NCBI GenBank assembly: GCA_000934665.2 | Contig: KZ538102.1 | Location: 106,872-126,871 of the forward strand | DNA length: 20,000 nt | Source of the DNA: Catajapyx aquilonaris | Lineage: Eukaryota | Direction of reading: 5' to 3' | In this document: positions 12,601-20,000 of the stretch, piece by piece | Layout: the number at the start of each line of letters is the position of its first letter | Position numbering within the stretch: the stretch's first letter is position 1 | Program-made: the position numbers and the translations under genes | Notes under the pieces: model-generated | Told to the model about the DNA's origin: nothing | The model's database searches: none | Seen by the model: only the letters and a program-made list of their open reading frames with translations

Positions 12601-13787
12601 TTGCTAAAACCCGGTCCCCAAACTAAGCTTACCATTGTCTCCGGTATTTCGAGAGAGAAAGAGAAAAAAAGAAGGTCAGGTCTGCGACTCCGCCAAATGT
12701 TCGTCAAGTACACTGTATACCCTCCCTTTTATGCAGCAATCCAATTAGCGACAGACAAGATTAGGATGTCCTCTGGGCAACACAAGCAGAATTTCCGGAC
12801 TTTCCTAGGATCACGAGTAGTCCGCTGGGCTATTACCAGCTCAGACGTCATAACTCCTGAATACAAGTAACTTATACTGCCCACCGCACTTAACTCGCAA
12901 GTTTACTATCATTAATTCCGAGCACATCGCAATCATCTCCCGGTTGCAATAATATTAATGTTTACTCATGTTTATGACGCTATCATTGCGAATGCTACGT
13001 TGCAACCAAACCCTGCTAGATCCGACTGAAATCACCATTTGGAGTAGCATAGTTGACGACCACACTGTCTTCCAATACCAAGTTTGTGTGATCCATATAT
13101 GAACATCTCTGCCCCAGCTTTCTGGTCAACTTGGGCAGAGACGCACCTTGCACATATATAATCCTGGCTGCTGGTAATATCGTTAGAAATGGGTATTATT
13201 CGCCGGTCGAGGTGTGTCTCCTATATATGCGACCATTAGGAGTGCCTTCAAGTTCCGAATATAATTGACGCCATGGAGCTTTCCTTTAACGACATCTAGA
13301 AGCACTAGAACAACTTCGGACTTGTAGGAAACAGTCCCAGTGTAATTGGTACGGATTTCTGGCCAACTTCTTTCCTGACAAGAAGTGTGTTTTGATGCAA
13401 TTATTATTAATGTCATCTCGTCTGAGACCATTACGTGTCTATTTCCAGATCCTTTGCGATCTTAATCAGTCAAGCAATAATAAGCAGCCCTTGAGATTTT
13501 GGTTATATAAATGGGTATAAAGGAGGCGGACTAAATGAAGTTCCGAAATTCGTTAGGCCTGATGTAGTGGGATATTCATAGAAGGCACAATGATTTCATT
13601 TCCTCGATGTTTTTGTACGGTGCACTCAGCATTGTACGGGTGCGTGGAATAGGGGGTGGTGCCAGCCTTCAAATTTTTCCATCTCTTGGCTGGAATATAC
13701 TCTTGTGGGAATTAATTAGCCCGCAATCTCTATGCAGTGAGTAAACCTACGTTATCAGAATGGGATATATCGCAAACNTATCCCAAA

Positions 13788-13818
13788 CCCCCCCCCCCCC
13801 CCCCCAAAAAAAAAAAAA
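13788..13818. repeat. C18-A13 homopolymer
   Basis: C 13788-13805, A 13806-13818; ambiguous base at 13778. Confidence 0.95.
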
Positions 13819-15085
13819 CTCGTTGTCCTTCCAAAACCTGTGTTGAACTCGATGAGAAGAATCGCTTTTTCGTCCCCTGACAAAACTAATTTCGGAATAT
13901 ATTCAGCGATTTCGTGTCCGATGGTGGCCGGTCGTGGACTGGCCATTTCTGAACTTCAAAATCACATGATGCAATGTGCATGGATTGAAAGGTGTTCATT
14001 TTCTAGTCTGTCCGACAATAGCTGCGAAATAATTTCTCTGCTTATCTCTTTCTCATGTCACGAGGTACGTGAGTTTGTTTCTTTGTTATTCTCCTCGGAT
14101 ATTACATTATCTCGTCAATAATATATTGATGCACTCCTGAATATTGTTCCTTTTGTAAGGAGTTGACGTCATTCCTGAGGAGAACTATACACGAAAATGG
14201 GGGAGTAGATCCATATGCATATGGCCTAGCTACACGGTTGAGTTGTCAATGTGATAAACTGCTAATAGGCCCTGACAGAAAATGATATCCGTTAATTTTT
14301 ATGGTATAATTGTAAATAATAGCGTAAACAATGCCGTATAAGTACATAGAGCGGACAAAACACCTGGCGAGTCACTGATAAGTTGCTGAACACAAACACC
14401 GTAACAATGTTCCGCTGAAGGACATTGAGTAATATCTTTTTCTCACACGATTTTCAATTACGCCATTATCATGGTGAACAGTTAAATAATAACAGCACTG
14501 GACAAATAGTTAAAATCACGCCCCTCTCATCCGGAGCGGTAATAAGCTTGCCAACCATACTTGTAAGGTGTCTACATATGGTACTACGAGCAATCATAGC
14601 CTTCAGTATCCATGACTATGCACATAACTGCGCATATTTCCATATTCATTTATTCTAAATATCTTTTTACACAAGTGTTCTACTCATCACAAGGCTGATT
14701 GAAAAGGTAAAAGAATTTAATACCTCCAAAACTGGCACCCTGCCTTTCATATTTCTGGCCACGTCCCTGACGCACTGAACTATAATATAATTCGCCGATG
14801 CAAACAACAATCCTGCATCGCATGACTACACCACCCCGACTTTAGGACTCCGAATGCATTTCCATCGCACAAAGGCAAGGCACGATGTTACCACTTTGTA
14901 ACCTGCGATGCATCTCCTACTGCATGTTCAAAGGGGAAAGCCTCTGCGTATGAAACAATTCCTAACAGCCTGCAATATTAGCCCCGTAAAATAACATTGT
15001 GCTCTAAACCTCAGGCCGGAATACACCGGCTGAAACACCATACTAAGGTCACCGGCATACATAAACTGCGCCTCTTTACATATTT

Positions 15086-15103
15086 CCCCCCCCCCCCCCC
15101 CCC
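15086..15103. repeat. C18 homopolymer
   Basis: Directly visible run. Confidence 0.95.
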
Positions 15104-18100
15104 TCCTTATAGGGAGCAAACAAATTGAATTTTCCCTTCTGGAAAAAAAAAAAACTATTCCTCTACTATTGCAGAGGCGGAAGAGATAAGGCGAGTTCTC
15201 CGGAGACAAAATTGGCCGCTTTTTCCACGATACAATTCACATGTTAACTTGTTTTTCTCTCCCTACCCCTTTCGGTTTTGCATAATCTTCCCGCATGGAA
15301 GAGACGAGGACCCCCATTGCCCGCAGGAACAGGCTCGCTCTACCGGGCCTCCGGAATAGACTAGCGCCGCCGTACTTGGCGCCGCTCGACATCCAATCCT
15401 CCTTTATGGCACCAAAAAGTAGTTATATTAGCTAGTCTAAGAAAAGGGTTCGCTGACATCTGTTATTGATGCAGTGAATAGCAGTTACGTCACAATGTGC
15501 TGTACCTTCTGAAAGTCAGTTAAGCTGCTAACTGACGGTTAATCTCCAAAATATAATCAAGGCAACTAAGATTGGTGCACCGTTCAGTTTACCCTTTTAC
15601 TTTTTCATTGCGGACCATGTTAGCTTGCTTTTACCGGCTATGTCCAACTGAACCGAGTCAACATCACGGCCTAATGACAGAAACCAACTGCACCATATGC
15701 CAAGCACCAAGTTTTTGTACAGTCTGGTTGGCGGTTAAGTAATGAGTAATTGAACTTAACTACCGGCCTCCGGATATACCTACGCGTTTCGCTCGTCCAA
15801 AGTGAATAATAATACGGGGTATAGCACAAACTCTTACACGTGGTGTCAGCCTACATCTTGAAACGTGAGATGTAGCAAAACCCTTTGCTCGAGGACATGA
15901 GAAAACTAGGGACAGAATTGCAAAGTACAAGGTCAGACATACCTACGCATACGTAGACCTATGTATACGTGTATATATTTTTTTGTTTTGATGAAGAGCG
16001 TGAATTCCCAGCACTGCACTGGGTGTAAATATGCTCCAGTTGTTATGGTTGTGTCTGCAAAATGTTAGAACCTTGACATTTCATCGTGGGCATGTAGCCA
16101 ACGTAGGTGCTTCCCAAACTTGTCGGGAAACCAGAGAAATGCATAGATTGCCACTAAAGTTGTTTGCCTCGATTCCATTTCTGACTCAGGTTACATTTAA
16201 AAATCATCTACGACACTTCCATCAATAAATACTACATGGCTGGATGGCACGAAAATCAATGCACAAGTGGTCCAACTACGAAGAAACACTTACAGAAATC
16301 CTACATTACACTACTAGCAGTTGAAAGTAACTACTACTCGTCGTGCCCGAGATGACAAAATATGGAAATCCAAAATTCTACTTTTCAATCGTACAAGTAT
16401 GGTTCTTCCACTTAAAATGTGCACGGTCCTCAACAACGACACGGTCAAAAAATCGTCCGGAAATGTATGCCCCAAGCCTGTAAATTTCACGCTCTTTGTT
16501 TTAGCCCCAAACGAAAGCGTAGCAGGAATTTCAATTGCTAACAGTTCCATGTCGAACCATCCTCATTTGCTAAAAACTGCCTGAAAGAACTAATCTGAAA
16601 TTTTCGTCGAAAGCACTGCCTTTATTTAATTGCACATAATCCTGCTTTACTTGAACCTACTGACACACCCTGTACCTAAATTTTTAGTACCCTGTTCCCT
16701 AAAGCCCCTGTGCCCCTATGCACAGCAGACATGCTCCCTGACAACCCCATGGTCGAACCAGCAGGTGTGGCCACCAGGCCTCCCTGAATTGACATCCCCA
16801 GCCTACCACCACCACCAGACTGCACATGACGTCATCTGGTGTGACCACACCTCATTTTTCTCAGTTGCGAGATCACAGCGAATTACTTTCAAAAAATGTA
16901 GCAACATGAAAGTGTATCCCCCTGTGCACAGAAGGGGGGGTCCTACCAAAATTCATATACACCCAGGGAAATCTTCATCAACTGAAACCACATATTACAT
17001 TTCTCTGCCTGCCAAACCATATAATGTCACCAACTCGCAGACCCTAAAAATGAGTAATATTACACTCAGTTATTACGGGCACATCTCGTTAAGGAGATTT
17101 CCTTACATTATTACCGCTTCCTATTTTAGAATACGGGTAACTCTACACCGCACGATACATTACAATATTAGCCGTACTGATCAATAAGTCTTTCCATCCC
17201 TCAAAAAAATTACCCGAACATTTCCATACAGCCCTTTAAAAAACTGGGCTTCATTCAATTTAAAGTCCCACAGATATTTTTGCAACATTTTGCACAAAAT
17301 CAAAAGCCGGTTGGTCCGTTGGTCCTTACAAAGAAAATAGGCGGGATTCTTCGAGAATCATTTGCAAACTGGCTGCAGGGGAAACGCCCTTGGGTTTTGC
17401 CACGTGGAACAAACTGGCAGTACCGGTACTGGCCTAGGTTCTTCGTAGCCTCATGCAAATTCCTCGCCGATTTACGAGCATGGCAAGGATCTCTCTATAT
17501 TTGTCGTCCCGGAGTATGAATGGAACCAATCGGCTGGCAAATACTAGGTCCAACTTTAATTCAGTTTTGGGATAAGTCAACATGCATGTGGGTGCAGCCT
17601 GACCAAAAATGTAAGCCTATATCACACAATGCAGGCACTGGCAACAATATCAACAATGCACTGGTCTGCAACAGAACAGATGTATTGTAATGCAATTGCA
17701 AAACTTTTGCTATAAGCACACTTGTGGATATTGTAATAATGATAATCAACCACATTAAATTAATGTAAGCAGCAAGTAAAGCTATTGACAGAATCATGGG
17801 AGGTAAAATATATTTTTGCGGGCTGTTTGGTGGGCTGCCATGAGCCTGTGCTTTAGGGAATTGAAAATAACATGTCAAATTTATTGGAGGGTAGTACCGA
17901 AACTGAATTATATCCCAAAAATAAATCGGATTCCCTTATTTAGTTGAAAACCAAAAATTACGCATGGTTGAATAGTTACTGGATGATTTTATCACCGGAG
18001 CCACTTCCAACCAGGGGTTTAGGCCTGCGGCACTTTGTGTGTGGTACCGATATTATAAAATTTGTAACAACTCTAACAGTATTTTTAACAATTGCAATTT

Positions 18101-18901
18101 TTACGCTAGTCCCCATTACACTAAAATGGTTAATCTCATAATTGATGGAAAATAATTTCATTAATAGGTTTACCACACCATATGTTACCCAATTCATTCC
18201 GATAACAAGTCGAGTACACTGCGCATTACTGTACAGTAAGTGTATAAAATCCCATTCTCAAGAGTAAGTTGCAAATCTAGTACCAGTGAAATCAATGCAC
18301 ACCCCGCAATAATGCACTTCAGTCTCTCAAGACATTAACGAATGTCGCAGGCACATCTTCAAACCAACATGCATCAAACTTCCACTTTTTATTAATCAAG
18401 ATGCACAGTCAATGTGCAGGTATTCTGGCACAAATCCAATTTTCAGTAACCTTGGGCCACAAAGCACTTTGTACTTACATCACTATTGTGTGGCGATCAA
18501 GTGGTCTTGTGGAAAATAAGAAATGAGCTTGCGACATTGAACCCCGCCGTGGTAGTTGCACTCCTAAAATAATGTCTCTTCTAAGATGGGTTTCAAGAAT
18601 TTCAAAAAAAGAGCAACAACTTTTCCACAACTTTGCAGTTTCAATTAAAAATTGGGTAGTGCAGAGAAACTGGGGTGTGCTGTCCAATCTAATGCCACTG
18701 TAGCCTCAACTATTGCAGATCAGAAATCAACAATGGCATGTCGTTCTTTGTCTGCAGCACTCTGCACAATGTTACTAGACTGGATCACACCCTGCTCAGT
18801 CTCCTACACATGTATATCGGCTCTAAGAGTATGTTGTGGTTTGCAATAATATTAATAGCCCACCCAATTGTTGTCCCAAACTTTAAGGCACAGTTGCACC
18901 A

Positions 18902-19381
18902 CTGAAAATTGCACACCTCAACCTGGGTTTGTCATTGTTATTAATAGCTGGCAACAATCATTTGAATGGTCAAACTCCAGATTGAGGATACATCTTCAGT
19001 GAAACAACCAGGCTTTAAACAGAATTTAAAACTGGCCTGATAGTTCACTGGTTCCATAACATCACCCCCACAAAAGTCAGACATTTCAAGATTGCAGAAC
19101 CTGATAGCAACAAAGTTTTGTCTTCACCAAGGGCACCCCATGCCGCTGTTGTCACCAACAGACTGGGTATTATATTGCATACTGCATGTCACATAAATAG
19201 TTTCCCACTGTTCAGATGCCGCCCTCAACCAATGACTCAGACATCATATTGTCCAATTTGTCACAAAAAATTTGCAGATAAGCATGGAACCACACAATTC
19301 ACACCCCACCCCCATAATTTGAGTTCCAATTGGCATGTATATATTTTCTCTATTTGCATAGGCCATTTTGATTCTGACCTG
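18902..19381 (+). pseudogene. Possible highly decayed non-LTR retrotransposon ORF2 N-terminus (APE endonuclease-like)
   Basis: One frame with two stops (18983, 19016) contains, in order, LKIAHLN (18902-18922), SET (18998-19006), CRP (19217-19225) and GHFDSDL (19361-19381). These resemble the APE motifs LKIAHLN, SETWL, YRPP and GDFNIDL. The intervening sequence is not conserved and the GGGV motif is absent. Confidence 0.25.
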
Positions 19382-19478
19382 GTAGTGGGGATATTTCTAG
19401 AGAAGGGGAGGGGGGTGCAGGTGTTTTGTAGTGTGTGGAGGGGGGAGGGGAGTTGGTGGGAGGGGGGGGTTTGAAAGG

Positions 19479-19496
19479 GAGAGAGAGAGAGAGAGA
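19479..19496 (+). repeat. (GA)9 microsatellite
   Basis: Directly visible and followed by an A-run. Confidence 0.95.
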
Positions 19497-19752
19497 AAAA
19501 AAAAATGCAAGATTCCTACCTCTGCAAGGGCGCTGGGCGGGGTGGGTAGGCCATCTGGGACGGCGTGGCCATCAGTTCTGTGCTTCCCAGGTGTCCTACC
19601 ACGGGCTTGATGGTTTCCATGGGCCTCCTAAGCCTCGCCTCCCTGGGTACACGGGTCGGGGTGGTAGTATGGGTCGCACTGTCTGCGTGGTACAGAGGCA
19701 GGGTGTCAGCCAGCCAAGGTGATGATGCCCCCCCTTTCAACAATATATATTT

Positions 19753-19806
19753 TCTCTCTCTCTCTCTCTCGCTCTCTCTTTCTCTCTCTCTTTCTCTCTC
19801 TCTCTC
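19753..19806 (+). repeat. Imperfect (TC)n microsatellite
   Basis: About 54 bp of TC repeat with a few interruptions. It explains the LSLSLS run in ORF 19565..19897. Confidence 0.95.
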
Positions 19807-20000
19807 ACTGCATCACTATAATAGCACTATAGACAACCACACCGCGAGCACAAATTATCTTGAGGGCCGGGTACGAGTATCATCCAGCCAGGCCTAGCTT
19901 CCAGCATTGCTTTTCCTAGGCGGTAGAAGGGGGGTGTAACGCACGGAAAAAAATTCTGCAGGGGGGCGGTGCTGGGGGAGACTGGTGGTGGTGGTGGGGT

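Noticed and set aside
16630..17187. Longest ORF (185 aa)
   Set aside because: Non-ATG start, no recognisable domain, and it overlaps a degenerate CCCTGT-based repeat (16667-16719). Its length is compatible with chance.
17561..17878. Hydrophobic 105-aa minus-strand ORF resembling a membrane protein
   Set aside because: The hydrophobicity is explained by the T/G-rich strand composition. Non-ATG start and no family motif.
1..20000. CRISPR array, tRNA/SINE, rRNA or prokaryotic operon
   Set aside because: No regularly spaced repeats, no A/B-box pair with a cloverleaf, no rRNA signature, and very low coding density.

Overview
This looks like eukaryotic, largely non-coding DNA (intergenic or intronic) from a draft assembly. 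Short N gaps sit next to long poly-C/G runs. The organism is probably an invertebrate animal; this is an inference from mosaic CpG content, C/G homopolymers and a Tc1/mariner-type MITE. None of the listed ORFs resembles a protein I recognise, and I see no rRNA, tRNA, CRISPR or prokaryotic operon signal. The best-supported features are a 316-bp Tc1/mariner-type MITE (8312-8627) with ~93/107-bp TIRs and an internal 17-bp perfect hairpin, and an adjacent, much more diverged ~560-bp palindrome (8849-9412). There are also microsatellites, homopolymers and G4-capable tracts. A CpG-depleted block near 18.7-19.5 kb may hold a heavily decayed LINE ORF2 (APE endonuclease and/or 2A-like) remnant, at low confidence. 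I found no convincing novel biological system.
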